A stretch of 64,000 nt of DNA from Balanoglossus misakiensis (lineage: Eukaryota; Animalia; Hemichordata). The DNA lies in NCBI GenBank assembly GCA_040954595.2, contig CM082577.2, positions 4,886,301-4,950,300 on the forward strand, read 5' to 3'. Below, in pieces: positions 11,626 through 26,600 of the stretch. Within the stretch, counting starts at the first letter, position 1. Every line of letters starts with the position of its first letter. The position numbers were made by a program, and so were the translations under genes. Under the pieces are notes generated by a model that worked only from the letters and a program-made list of their open reading frames with translations, had not been told where the DNA came from and searched no databases.

Positions 11626-14600
11626 CTGCAAGGATTGACAAAGAGGGTTTTACAAATCACTTCAAATAGTAGCACATCATAGATGAAAAAATGAGATTAT
11701 GCAAAAAACCTTAATCCACTTTTAGTCTTGTGACGGGACAATTCAAGTCAAGTGCAGGAAAACTACACAACAAATTGAACGCACCAGGATGTCTTATCAC
11801 ATACACATACTATGGAATTTTTTCTCGTTAGATGGATTTGATGAAAGACATGCTTGTGTATCACACAGGATCACACCCCAGTATAGCACCCAGTTATTCA
11901 ATTTCTTTCTGTTGTTTTAAAAGTCAGTTGACAGCAATTTTCGTGTTCAAAGAGTTACTATCATGGTCCTTTGCAGGTTTTTATATTTATTTAAGGAGGA
12001 TTTTCTGTCATTTAGAAAGTTCAGATGACAAGCTGAGGTTGAGGGGATTTTGTTACTTGATGTGTGTTTCCTGTAGTGATACCATGTGCCAATACTTATA
12101 CTTAAAGGACTAATATTACAGGTCATTACAAAATACATCTACATACTTTAGCAACTACAGAGAGAATACAAAGACTGCATGCATACAAATCATCCCTTTA
12201 TGTCAGAGATCATATAGAGGTCATGCTGCAAGGTCAAATATTCAGTGCTTATTGTGATCACCATAACTTAATCGTTTAAATTACTTGAGTTTGATGTTCT
12301 TTTTCATTTCCTCCTGTTGCAATTTGGTGTACAGACTGATGATGCCCACAACATGTAAAGTCACATTCTGTAGACATTCCATTACATGTATATTTTGAGA
12401 TCAATGAGTTACCCAGATATTCCAGTCAGCGTTTTTTTTGTGAGAATAGATGAAGTTTCATTGTTAGTGGATGGAAAAAATTATTGCCGTGTGTGTTTGT
12501 CAAGACCAGTATGTGGTAGATTGTTGTTAAATTGTGTGCAAATGTTTTTAGCAATGCTTCTCCAAGGCAGCCTTTTCCCACAATTTGAGGTAATTTCTGC
12601 TAAAATACGCTTTTCATTTGCAGCTAACAGCAGGAACAGAACGCTATGCATACGTACATGTACTATAGTACAGCAGCTAAGTTTACATACGAGTTGAAGT
12701 CAGCCACATACCTGATCAGTTTCTATTCTCGTCACTTTCTGGACCATCAAATTACCATACTTCAGATCAATGAACCACTTCCCTTGACCAGACTTCAGTC
12801 GCCGAGTCGATACGATCTCGGTGAATGGGTTAGACACTAGGATCTCCTGGAAATGCAACGTTCACAGCCAATCAGATTGCGGTTTACAATGGGCAGGTTA
12901 TGCACTGACACCAATCACACAATTGTCTTAGGTTTCCGATACTGATACAGCCAAATTCCGTGCCACCTGAAATTTTTTGTGAACCTCGACAATTTAACGA
13001 TATGACATCAACATCGACCTCTTTGGAACTTCCTATGGACTGATAAGTCATGACTGACACACTCTGTTTTATTAGCTTCATTGTACATTTCAAAAGAATC
13101 AGTCCCACTGAATGGGTATATGCAGTTGGTGAAATCAGGTTTTCATGGATACTCACATGAGTGACACTGTGCAGGAAATGGACTCCTTGCTTGTTGATGG
13201 CCATGATACATTCTCCTTGAATGCGGCTGTCTGAGATGCTCTGTAATAAATAGTGTGTGTGATCAGAGATAGGAAGTGACACAGTAAACCTGTCTAAACT
13301 GAACCCTGACTAATCTGGAAACCTGTCTGTACCGAACACATTTCCCCGTCCCTTTGACACAGAACCACATGTTAAAAGAACCTCTATAAACCAGACACCT
13401 CTGGAAACTGAACTTTTTCATCTGTCCCTTTGGTGTTCTGTCCAAACAGATTTCAATACTGTACATCACTAGAGCTAATTATTAGGGTGACTTACTACAC
13501 AGTAATTAGTTCAACATCAAGGTGTTTTACAGTAATTCGTTCAAAGTGATCATTAGATGGACTCACCCTGATGTGGAAGAAATTGGAGCCAAACAACGGC
13601 CAGGAGTGAAGCGTTGTCAGGAATTCCACTTTACAGTCGTGAGGTGTCTGTCTCTCCACAGTGGGCAGATACTGATGAATCATATTCACCCACTGCTGGG
13701 CTTTCAGCTGATTGATCACCACCGAGGGCAATATTCCCCGCAGATCTCTTCTGCGAAGAGGATCCCGAAGGAGAGGTTAAATGCAGCATGTTGGGAAACG
13801 TTAGTATTTAGCACGAGATCTCACTTCATTACAATTACTGCCAAAGTTGCATTAACAAAAACTGCTAATGATTAGTAACTACATGATTTTCCTAGTTTTA
13901 CATAAAACAATAACTGTTAGTAATGATTGGTACATCTACTAGTTTTTTAAATAGTATTGATATTAAAATGATGGAAGGTATATGTTTACTTATTAAAATA
14001 TATTGCAAAATAGTGTTCTTGATGTAAACTGAATGTATTTAATAGTTATTTAGTTAGCCTCAGGTAATTATTATTCACCACTGCTAACTAAGAGTTCTGT
14101 CTAATTACAGGTTTTAGAATTGACATGCCAAAATGAAGGAACCTGTTCAGAACATTACGCAGCTGAGAATAGTTACGTAGACAATGTTAGTTTCACGGAT
14201 GCAATGGACATTCAAAGACTTGGCATTACAGGAAAACCCTCGTACCATATTTCACTCCAAAGATTTTTACCAAGTGATGAGAGAGATTACAGATGTCTAT
14301 GATTTGGAAAACGGAAAGAAATCTAGTGTCACTCAGGGAAGACATGAACTTTATATTCTTATTTTATAAAAAATGTGACTTAATAATTTAATACAAAGAA
14401 TAGTTTACATTTTGGGAGAGGACAGCAGGAATGAGGAAATGTTTTAATTTTAAATTTAAATTTGTAGAATTGTTCCACACATTTTGTAATTACTTAATAT
14501 ACTGCAGGAATTTTCAGTGTTTTCTCTCGATAAAAACATGAGCATTAATTGTATCTTGATGTCTGATACACTTTCATTCATACTGAAAAAAAAATGGAGG

Positions 14601-17600
14601 AGTCCATGATTCAAGTGCCCACCAGCTCATCAGAAAAACTCTGAAATGATCTAACTGGAGACACATGATAAATTCCTGCAGTCTTATTTGAGTGATTACA
14701 TCAAATGAGTGGAACACATTCACTGATTGACTGGGCGATTTGACAAGTATGTAAGGCATGCACGGTCAGCATTCACTTAACGTTCCATTTGAATTAGGCA
14801 TTTTGAAGTAACATCTTTGCTCATCAGATTTTCAACTTAAAAAAACTGTTGGTGTTTTTGAGGTACATGGGGGGCACTATTACTCAACAGTCGAGACATC
14901 CAAATTTATAGATTTCAGAATGCTGCGAAATTCATGCAAAAATAAACCAAACTAATGTACAGGGAGGGGAACCAAGACAAAGCAGAAATATATGACATAG
15001 CAATTCCTCACTTTATGTCAACAATACATTTTTGCACAGCGACGGAATCAAAAACCATGCATTGCTTACATGCTTCTCCGAGGAGAAAAAAAATTACAAA
15101 TAGGGGGGAAAAAACGTAACATACGTGGTGGGCATCTGTACAATATCACCGGCTTTACGTTGCAGTGCTGCCAGCCGCGACACCTCGTTCTGTTGTTCCG
15201 TTGTGAGAACACCATTCTGCATCACCAACAGACGACCACTCAGGTAGTCAGGTAGTACCTATGTATGACAAGGATGAAATAAAATTCCATTTTTAAACAA
15301 CGCATTGTATTCTGTCCATTTCAGATTTTACTGAATGTTAAAGGAATACAATCACCTCCAACTTTGCCAAAAGACTGACCTGGTTGTAGACAATTGTGAC
15401 ATTCAGAGGATTATCCAATCGCAACGGTTGGTGCCACAGAACCTTCTTGAAGATGAGATAATGATCATGGTTCTGTCTCTCCAGCTGAGTGGTGACATCG
15501 ATGATGTAATCTCCAGGATTCAGTGGAAGCACTAGATTTTCTGCAAAAGACAGGACACTTTTCAGTGGTTACTATACGTTCTCATAGGTACCCCTTACAA
15601 AAAATGTTCTACAGAATTCTAAGACTTTCTATAGAATTCAATAGAAAGAGGGTTCACAACTACAGAGAAATCTATAGAAATCCATAGAAATTTTATAAAC
15701 TATCATACACATTCTATAGATATCTAAAGAATGTGTTTGTAAGGGCTACCATTATTATTATGATTACGTGCATTAATATGTCATCAGTTTTTCTTTGAAG
15801 CAGTCCATTAGGCACTGGTGTTCAGTTCATTTCACGATAGGCATTGATCATAACAAGGTACACAGAAGCATGGAGGTTAATCGTTATTTCAGTAGCTCTG
15901 TAAAGAATTCACACATACCTTTCTCAACAACGGCAAAAATGCCATATTCCTCGATGGCCACCTGTTTATGCACGCCCATTTCATAACACAGCTCCTCCAC
16001 GACATCGATGGCCACCGTGCATGTCTTGGTCTTCAGCATTGTCCTGATTCCGCCGGGGAGAATATACTGTTGCCGTTTCTGGTTGCGTCCGGCCAACAAC
16101 GCCTTGACTTCCAGGGCCCCCGGGATGTTCTTGCGTCCGCCGTACTTGAAGGTCTTTCGGAGGTTGTGGAGGCAGACGGCGGCCGTGCCGTGGAACTGTC
16201 TCTGATTGTCATTGGCCGCTGTCTGCAAGTACTTCACCAGGTACGGCTTCAGGAGATTGCTGCACTGGAAGTAGGATGTAAATATGGCGAAGAAACGCCA
16301 GCCTCGCAGACAACTATCACTGAGGATATAAAAAAAGAGATTTAGATCACCAATGGTGATTTTTGCTTATGTTTTCTGGAAGGTTGGTTAGCCAATAGCA
16401 ATAGAAGTCATTTTCACCAACCACAAGTCACCCGTACATGTCTCCAAACATCACCATCTTCTCATAGTTTGCCAGGAATTCTGGCCAAGGTGTATCACAC
16501 AAAACCTAAGTATCCAATACAATGCCACACACATGCATTGATAAAAGCACACTTTTAAACACTATCTTGCTATAATAGCACTGTTATTAAGGAATGGAGA
16601 ACTTCCTACAGGTCAGAAACAGTTGCAAAATGCAACATTTCAAGACCACAATGTAGTTCAACGGTGAATGTTACTTACACTTTAGGACTTTTGTTACTGG
16701 TTGTTTGTTTGCAGAGATGACAGTACACTTCATCAATCAGGTGTTCATTCTCATGACACGACTGTAATTGAAAAAGTGGAACATACTTAATTTATAAAAT
16801 TCAAAGTTATTTCCCTCATCAAACTGTCAGTGTTAAAAGTAGCTGTAAAATGAATTGTTCAACTCAATCCGTTAAGAATACATGACTGACTAATTCAGCA
16901 GGCCAGACATTTATTTTCTACTTGCCTAATGCCAGATGTTTAGAAATTCTCACATTTCTTCACTAAATCTAAAGTTGTTTCAATGATACACCTACCTTAA
17001 GTATGTAGTAGACACAGTCTAATTCTGTTTTGCCTTTCATTGGGTAATCGCCCATCAATCTCATCACAGCTGATGAAGCAAGAAGAAGGGTCAGATGTCA
17101 TGGTATTCAAATTAAACCATGATGCCAAAGATTGAACAGATTTCACCAACCCAGCATCAAAGTCAAAGAAACGACTGCTAAATATTTTCTCACCAATAAA
17201 GCATTCCAGAGCCATCTTGTTGAGATGTCCACTTTCCAATCGCAGCAAAGATGCCGGTATAGGAGACTTGCTGTACTTCACCATCAAGGCATATTCCTGC
17301 CAAGTCCACGAGTCGTCTTTTTTCCTCTTGTTGCCTAGCAGTGGAATGACAAAAGAAATAGTTACGACACCTTAAAATTATATGTAATTATGGTAACAAA
17401 GTATCCCAATATATCTGCAGTCAAAATTGTATGTTTCATCTTTTTCTTTACAAGTATTCAACTGCCAAGTCTTTTACTGACCTTTTGTTTGTAAATTTCT
17501 TCAAACTCTTCATACAGCAAGTTGTCGACTTTTTACCCACAATGCATAGCATGATTAAAATGACATAAGGCAGCGAGAACACTGACATCCATCGAATGAA

Positions 17601-20600
17601 ACCCACCTTTGAGACTGCTCTTCAGAGTTCCGATGAAACGAAGCGATCCACTGATAGATCCATCAGCTTTACGCTGCATTTCATACTTCTCCAGGGACTC
17701 GCGGAAGTATTTCATGGCAAACTCCATCATGGAGAATTTGCCATCAATCTGCATGGTGCCGGTGCCGGTACTAGTGTCGTCACGGATGTTGTTGTCCTGT
17801 ACCTGCAGAGACAACAGCAAGAAAATCACTCTCACAGATAATTCACTCTGCATCCAATTATCAGTGACAAAACATTTTACCAGAACATTTCAAGGACAAT
17901 CTGAGACGGTTCTCTAAAAGTCTAGTCTTTGAAGTTCACTGGTTTATTTCAGCCAAGCTGTCCTTACCTGTCCGGTCTTCTTGACAACCAACACCTTGTC
18001 AGGCATTCTCTGACCCACCTGTATAGGCAATGAAAACAGACATGATTATCACACTAAAACAGGAAAGCACAGTTACTTTAATAATGCTACATGTGTGTCT
18101 AAAAACCTGTCCGAAGCAAACCATTGCAAGACTGAGAACAATGAGAAAACAGAACACAGATTCTCAAAGAATTACACGAACTTGAGTTCTGTTCAGTGCT
18201 CTGTGGTACTGATACTTTGACATATTCACATTTACAACTTCAGTGAAATCGACATCTTCACTGTTGTTGCTGTTTCCTATTAATTCCACATGATGCCATC
18301 CACTATACCAAACTGTGCATTATTTTATCTGGTGATATCCAGTTTAGACAGGTTTTGCTCCATACATAAAATACACATGGTAGCTTCAAGTTCAACACAT
18401 CTTTATTAGGGTGAGCTGTATCGAAGCATCACAAACACACTAGATTGTGATATCCCTTAGCCTGAATTTTAATTTCACAAAGAACTGGTATAACATAGAA
18501 ACAGAATCCCAACAACTATATTGTAATATTACATGTATTTATGGATAATCAGAAACCTGTTATAAGGGAGTTCACTGGTAATAATATTGTACTCTTTTCA
18601 GTTGCGATTCTTTCTACAGCTGATGCAGTCACAGGTTTCTTCTTTAATATACTTCAAATGACTATATTGCTTAAATGTGTACTAAGAATCTTTATACTAA
18701 ATGTACTCTTAGGAAATTGCACTTTGCTTAGAATTGACACAACCCAACTGTGCTACTCTCAGTAAACCATATAACTACAAGGGCTTTAAAACTGTCAACT
18801 AAAGGTTTCTGAACAGGACTTCCAATGGTTCATATAATTTTTTATTTATTTTCCAATTCTATATTCTATAAAAAATGCTAGTTTTATGGAAGCCTTGACT
18901 AGGATTTAGCGCGCTGCTCCTGTAATATTTAAAAGAAGAGGAAGGAAAACGAAGGAAGGAAGGAAGGAAGGAAGGAAGGAAAGAAAAGTAGGGAAAGGAC
19001 AAACAAACAAATAAACGAACAAAGAAAGAAAGAAGAAAAAAGAGAGAGAGCTAACTCAAGAGTTATATATCTTGAGCTTGTAGGAATTTATTTACAGACC
19101 TATTTTTTGTTCTCCCAAGGAAATCAACAAATAATGTAAATAATCCCAGAGCTATGAAATTGAGAAAATTGTAATTTGCATTTTGAGAATGTTGTATCTT
19201 CATCTTCAGAGAGCAACAGGTGTTTATTGTTCAATATTTAAACAATGCTGATACTTGGCAGTAACCATGAGAAGACTCAAGACACCACAATAGAAAGACA
19301 GCCTTACTGGCATGTAAGGGAGCTTCCAGTTATTACGGGAGGGGGAGGGACAGCAGACTTAGGGAGCTGGTTAGTCACAGCCGCGTAAAAGGTGACCCTC
19401 TCCCTAGGATTAGTTTGTAAATTTTGACCCGGTCATAAACAACCCCCCCCCCCCCCCCCCCCCCCCATCATAACTGACAGTTCCCTAAAGCTGTGTTTCC
19501 ATAGCTATAATCTGTGAATACAAACCTTAGTATGTCTGTACACATCAGGTCCAGGAGCTGCAGTGACGTACTCTGATGGGAAACTACCAGCTCTGCCGTC
19601 CAACATACCATACAGCCAACCTAGACACAAAGTGAAAATGCCACACACATTGTTAACGCTGCAAGTTGTGTACAAATGGTTTATTATTTACTTTCCTTGT
19701 AATGTTTAGCTTTAGTTTAGAAGTGTAACAAACTTCTGTCAAACATCTAAACAGGATTATACCTCTATTTTGTACTTCTATCATAATTACATATTTTTTT
19801 CTCAGAAATAAACCCAAAACTTACCGTGTTCTAAGTTGTCTTGTTTAGCGGTGAGTTTGATGAAATCACCTTTCCTGAAGCTAAGGAGCGTGGACTCCCT
19901 AGTGACGTAATCAGCAATCGCTCTGACATACTGCGAGTCCTTCTCCAGATCGATGATGTAGGCATCGACCATCTCCTTGATCTGGAAAGCCTGGCAAAGG
20001 AATACAAAAAGTCAGGGAATACGGCATACTGTAGAAATGGAATAGGTGTCATTTTCATGCCATCTACATGACCTTACAAAGTCCTAATGTATGTACTTTT
20101 GTTGGTAAGAATTCATCAGGTTGACTAAAACCTCAACAAAAACTTTATAATTGCAGCTGTAGTCAATAAATTATGTACTCAAAGCCTCGTAAAGTACTTC
20201 AAGTAATCTGATTGGTTACTGACACTGAACGCCACGAATACCAAAACCCTGATTGGTCGGACACATGCGACTTACCCTGAATGTGTACAAGGATATGACA
20301 CTCTGATTGGTCAGCACAATGCGTAGCGTGCCGTGCTGCGTCACTCTCAACTCTTGGATTTCGTTGAAGCTGAACGTGTCGAGACAGACCAGGCTGTCTT
20401 TGCCAGGTTCCTTGTGTCTCTTGATGAGTCGGATGCCCTTGTCGCTTACACCGACATACTCCACTTGGGGCGTTTTGCGGCCTCCCTGGAATCGAGACCA
20501 AGATTTCACCAAGATGCCAGGAATATGCACATAATTATACATGTACAAAGAGAAAAATTGGGTGTATACATAAATGCCTTGGTTATCTTCCAGGCTCTAT

Positions 20601-23600
20601 ATATCTTCTGCATTCTAGCACTTTTACATTAACACTAGCTCACTACTAATACTGCTCCTTAATTATGTTAACAATTGAGTGCATCAGAATTCAGTTATAG
20701 TCCTAAAGACCAAGCCCATTCTGCTGAGACATACAAGGTCTGGACTTCATTCCAGAAGAAACCATATCTCTCAGTGACATAAAATGCTTGTTATTTCTGT
20801 TCCTATCGATAAGACTTAATATAATGCACATCATCACAAATAAATCAAGGTTACTTACGGAGACAGGAAAGAGGCGACAGAAATAACAGGGCCACTGTCT
20901 GGCTGCTTCGATAATCTCTTTCTTCACTTGTGCTTTATGGCCCAAATTGTTTAGGGTGATATTGTGTTGATCTGAGAAAAAACAAGCGTATGCATTACGT
21001 ATAGGCCTTACTCCATGAAAACATAACAATTGGAAGTTACAACATAGTAAAAATATTATACAATAATAGTACTTTCGGTTTTATCTTTAACGAATATCCC
21101 CCCCCCCCCCAAAAAAAAAAAACTGCCTATCCACACGAAATCTCGCAGGATCACAGAAAAAGGTCTATTGATTCTGTACCTAGTCTCTCTCTCATCTGCC
21201 TCTTCTCTTCCTTGGTGATTCTGATGCAGCTGTTACCCAGCGTGTCCTGCACAACTTGACAGAAAATGAGATGCAACAGTGTAGGGTTGTCCAGCTTCTC
21301 ACTAGGGGTAAATACCTGAAATCATCAACACGAGTCTCATTATTAGAGTTCTTCCAAGTTGATGGCTTTAGTACTAGGGAGTACAGACTGTGAGACAGAC
21401 AGATAGTCAAACCTCTCTATAGTGGCCAGTCAAGGGATTTCCTAAACTGGCCTTTATAGAGAGCTGAGGTGACCTTTATATAGAGGTTAATTAACACACA
21501 TTTGAATTGCAAAGTGGCCACTATATACCAGTAGAGGTGACGTCCGCTATATAGGGGTGGCCACTAACAGGGGGTTGACTGTAGATACAAACATGCACAC
21601 ACACACACACGCAAGTGAACACACGCATACACACACACCTTGTAACCCCAAAAGCCATGATTACACACAGCACACATTCCTTACCTCTTTTTTGAGCATC
21701 AATTGCCATCTGACCCTAGTGTAAGCTAAGAAAGCAGCGTGACTTGCTGGAAACAACTCTGTCTTCACTCTCTCCAACCTCTCCAACTCGGCCTGGCTGA
21801 GAGTTCTGATCACTTCTTCCTCTTCATACAAAGCGTCTGATTTTACGGGAACTGGTGGTGGCAGCTCCTCCTCCTAATTGCATGAATTCAGTTGTCGGGG
21901 AGAAAAAACGAAAAATTAGTTTTTTTCACAATCCAACCGCAGAAGGTAACAACTAAATCAGGTTCTAAAACTGCAGCGAATTGTCATCGTGCATCTGGAA
22001 GGTTTCATTTCAATTTATACATGGCTGATCGACGATGAAATTTTTGGATTTTGGCTGGGAACTACACACAGCCATACACAAGGGACACTGAAACTGCACA
22101 TCCACATTTTTCGCATCCACATTTTTCGCATCCACATTTCCAGAGTCAGCCATCTCTTAGCTGATTCGCAGATGTGTCCACACTTTCCATTCCAACTTTT
22201 AGTGCAACCCCTTTGATAAATACTTTTAACAAATAGTGTTATTTACAAAGCCACAAGCTGTTTACTCTTTACTGTAGCAGATTTTACTGTTAACAGACAT
22301 GTCGTCTGGAATAGTATCACTTTCGCAAACTTCAAAATAAGTGCAGCTTGCTTTTACATTTCTAAGCTGTGATAGGCACCTCGACACGTCCATGCGACCG
22401 TTGGATTTCATGGGTGATCTCTCTCAAAGACTTGGACAGATCACCTCTGCCAGATGTCCTACACATCTGTTGAAATCTAACTGGGTCTGATGGGACGTGT
22501 TTGGTGCAGGATTTACTGATCGATATTGGATCAAACATCAAACACTCAAACACATACACACAGGGAATAAAAAGCATTGGAATTAAATAATATTTGCATC
22601 AGGATAAAATCAAATACAGTCAAAAAGCTGTCCATTCAAATTCAGGAAAGGCAACAGTTCTCATTTAATTACTAGCACTTACACTCGGATAGCAGCACTG
22701 CATTGTTCTTTAACTGAGCACTGGGCTGTTTACATTATGCAGTGCAAATTGGAACTTCTTGTTTAAAGAAGCACCTGTTGTAATATTACATGAAGCAGTA
22801 ATCTAAAACTGGGACGTGGTAAAAAGCAAGGATTTTTTATCATTATCTTAACGATTACAATAAGACTTGCCGCACATAAGAAAGACACATTCTGGTAAAC
22901 GTATGTGTCCACATGATTCCAAAAGCCAAATCAAAACCCAACACCAGTGCTTATATACTGCTATATTTGACACCCTAACTCCATAAAAAAGGAAAGCTAT
23001 ACCTTTCAACCATTTTTTTAAAGGGAGTAATGTTTACAGCAGGTGTCGTGTGTGTACGTGAATTTAAATGACTATACAGCGTATATAACCGTATGTATGT
23101 GTGGGAATTTTTATATGATTTACAGCGGTGTGAGACGAGTGTGATGGTAAATGAAAATGGTCGTCATGGTGATTGCTTACCAGTCCGTTGTATGAGGATG
23201 GTATATGATGTGATCTTTCAGTTGTTGTTGTTGTTGATGTTGTGATATGAGTGTCACTTTGTTTGCTGGAATGGGGGTCGGCGTTAGTGTAGTGATGAGA
23301 ATGTTGTCTGCTTGGAGCGATGAGCTCGGAGGACTGGCGCAGTTGCTTCATGGTCTGTATGTCAACGTACGTGTCGTTTGTCTGGGTCGGGCCGTTCGTG
23401 TACATGACGTGCTGGGTCTGTTGTTCAGTGACGTCGGGGTGTCGGCGTCGTTTGATGAATATCTCCTCGTCTCTGTCCAGCTGTGCTAGTCTGTGTTGCT
23501 CTAGCAGGACAGCTGCCGAGTGCGACTGTGGTGGATTGTTGTCTGTGTTTGTCTGTACACTGATGCTGCGCTGCTGAATGACCTCAACGGTCGGCGGGAC

Positions 23601-26600
23601 AGGGTCGTACCCAAGGGGGCGCTGTTCCACGTAGAAGTGCGACTCTTTGTGGCTGTTCTGCTCCACGTTGATGGAGTTTACATCTCTCCTGATGTCTGGT
23701 TCGCTGGTCTGCACGCTTATGCTCCTCACTACTTGCAGATCGTACTCAGAATCTTGCCGCGGCAGTTGCGATGTCGTTTCGTATACACGAGTTTCGTACT
23801 CAGTGTGACTGTGATGTTGTGGAGGGGGAGGAGGTGGTGGTGGTGCTTTTGCTTTCTGATATCTGTACTCCTCTGTGACTATTTCAACACTCTGCTCATC
23901 TGCTGCTTCATCTTGCGACAGCGACCTCACGATTGGCTGAATCTGCGCATTGGGGTCGTGCTTTCGCTCGTAGTAGATCAACTTGTCAACGAACGACTTG
24001 GGTTCTTTCTCTTCCAAGTTCTCGGGAACTGCCGAGACCTGCCTTCCGACACCCTGACCTTCTTGCAGCTGATGCACCTCGACTGCTTCCTCGACCTGCC
24101 TTTCAGCAGACGCGTACTGGACATCATTTGCATGTTGTGCCGTCTCCACCTGGGTACTCTGCTCTTCTTGCCACTGATGCGCCTCAGCAGCTCGGTCTGG
24201 TGTTTTCAGAATGCCTCGCGGTTTCGCTTCCAGCTCTTTCTCTCGCAACTTCACCTCCTCAAACTCTTGCTGTCGCAGTCTCATCTTGCGCAGCTGTTCC
24301 TGAATCTGCTCATCCAGTTGCTGTTCCTTCAGTCGAAGCTCCTCCAGTTCTCTCTTGTGTCTCTCCATATCGCGAGCCTTCTCTTCTCGAAATTTCATCT
24401 CCTCCATTCGCTTTTGCCGCTGTTGGTCTTCCCGTAACGTGATGTCCTGCAGCCGTTGCTCGCGTAGTCTTATCTCGTACTGCCGCTGTTCCCTCTCTTT
24501 GACGTCGTTGAGTCGCTGTTGTCGCAGTCTCGTCTCGTGAAGCTGCTTTTCTCGCATCCTGATGTCTTCCAGCTGCTGCTCTTGAATTCTCATCTCCTGC
24601 AGTTGCTGTTCGCGCAACTTAATCTCTTTGAGTTGGTGTTCCCGCAACTTCATCTCCTCCAGCTCCTGTTCACGCAGTTTCCACGCCTGCAGTTGCTTTT
24701 CTCTGAGTCTTTTGTCGACGAGCTGTCGCTCTCGCAAGATCTGTTGTTGATGAGGGTCAGGTGTGTCAATATTCGTTTGAACATGCATGTGTGTCTGGCC
24801 GCCGTCTGGTGTTTGTTGGCGGGAATGCAGATGGTCAGTGTTGTCTCCGACATGCTCTTTCCACATGCCCTGATTTCTCGGTTCAGATTTCTGAGTGACA
24901 GTGATGTCATATTCTGCATGGCCATTATAAGCAGGGTCATCATACTGCTGATTCTGAACGTTTGAAATGACGCTGATTTCTTCACTGTTTAGCTGGCTGT
25001 TCTCAGAATCATAATCATCTTGTTGCTTGTTAATATTTGAAACAGTAAGCTCCTCTGGTTGCAGAGGGATGATATCAACAATGTCTACATGTTGCTGTTC
25101 GCGAGTGGACGTAGCAACTGTGGTATTTTCTGGCTCATTGATTTCTGCGAAACGAACAAGTTGCTCTCTTTGAACGTTTGAAGTGACGTTCGCGTCTTCT
25201 ATTTGAGGAGGCTCTATCTGCACAACATCAGTGTGTTGCTCTCGGTGGACATTTGAGATTGAACGCGTATCTTGTGGTGGCCTCGCTTGCCTGGTATCAG
25301 TGTATGTGTGTTTTTCACTGTTTGAAATGGCCGTGGCGTTTTGCTGTGGCGGTTGCCTGCTGTAAGAGACATCGGAACGCGTTGAAACGGGTTCGTTTTC
25401 TTGAGGAGGTTTTATTTGGGTAACAATGTTTGCCTGAGGAGGTGGACTGGTCTTAGCAACTTCTGTGTGCTCTTGTCGGTTGATATGCGAGACAATGTTT
25501 TGATTTTGGGCCTGTGCTGGTTGTGCAGTATGCACAACACCAGTTTGTTGCCACTTTTCAAAATTTGAAACGACATGTACATATTCTTTGGGTGGTTTTG
25601 TCTCAATGATTCTGGTGTTCTGCTCTATCTTGACATCAGCAGCTTGAATCTTGTGCGGTGGTTTTACACCTGCAGTGATGTGCTGCTGGTTTTCCACATT
25701 TGAAACAACTTGGCCATTTTGTTGTGGTGGTTTTGTGTCAACAAGATCAGTGCGTTGCCTCTTTTCAACATTTGAAACAACGTGTATGTTTTCGTGATGC
25801 GATTTCCTCTCGGCAGCATCAGTCAGCTGCTGTTTTTCAACTTTTGAAATCACGTGCACTTTTTCTTCTCGCGGTGCTTGCCTGGCCTCAATGATATCCG
25901 AGTGCCGATGATTTTCAACATTTGAAACCGCATGTGTGTTTTGATGAGGTTGCCTTGTCTTGGTAACTTCAGTCTTCTGACGGTTTTCGACATTTGAAAC
26001 AATCTTTACATTTTCTTGGGGTGGTCTCCTCTGAGGAGTAGAAGCCTGTGGTCTGTTTACAACACTGGAAATGATGCGTTTGTTTTCTCCGGGTAGTACT
26101 GTTTGAACACTGCCAGTGTGCTGCTGTTTGTTAACAACTGAAACAACTGGCATGTTTTGATGTGGCTGCAATCTCCTCTGTGCATGCCCAGACTGCTGCC
26201 TGTTTTGGATGTCTGAAATGACACGAATCTCTCCTGGTGGTGGTCTACTCTGAGCAGTGTGATCGCTTTGTTGACTGTCAACTACCGAGACAACGCGAAT
26301 ATCTTGGCCTTCTGCAGGTGGAGCAGGGCTGGTGTTACGTCGTTTAACGTTTGACAGCACAAGTTCGGTTCGGGGCTCTTTGACATTGCTAAGAGTACTG
26401 TGCTGTTGTCTGCTCACGTTTGACGTTTTGCTTTGTCTGGACTTTTGGGCGAAATCAGTGTTTTGCTGTCCCTGGGAACTGGACACAACAGTGGTTTTCT
26501 GTTGTGACTGTTGGACATCGATGGATTTGCTTTCCTGCTCTGGCTGCATGTTTACAAGGAATGTTATCTCGCTGCGGACCTTGCTCTGCGATTTTGGAAC

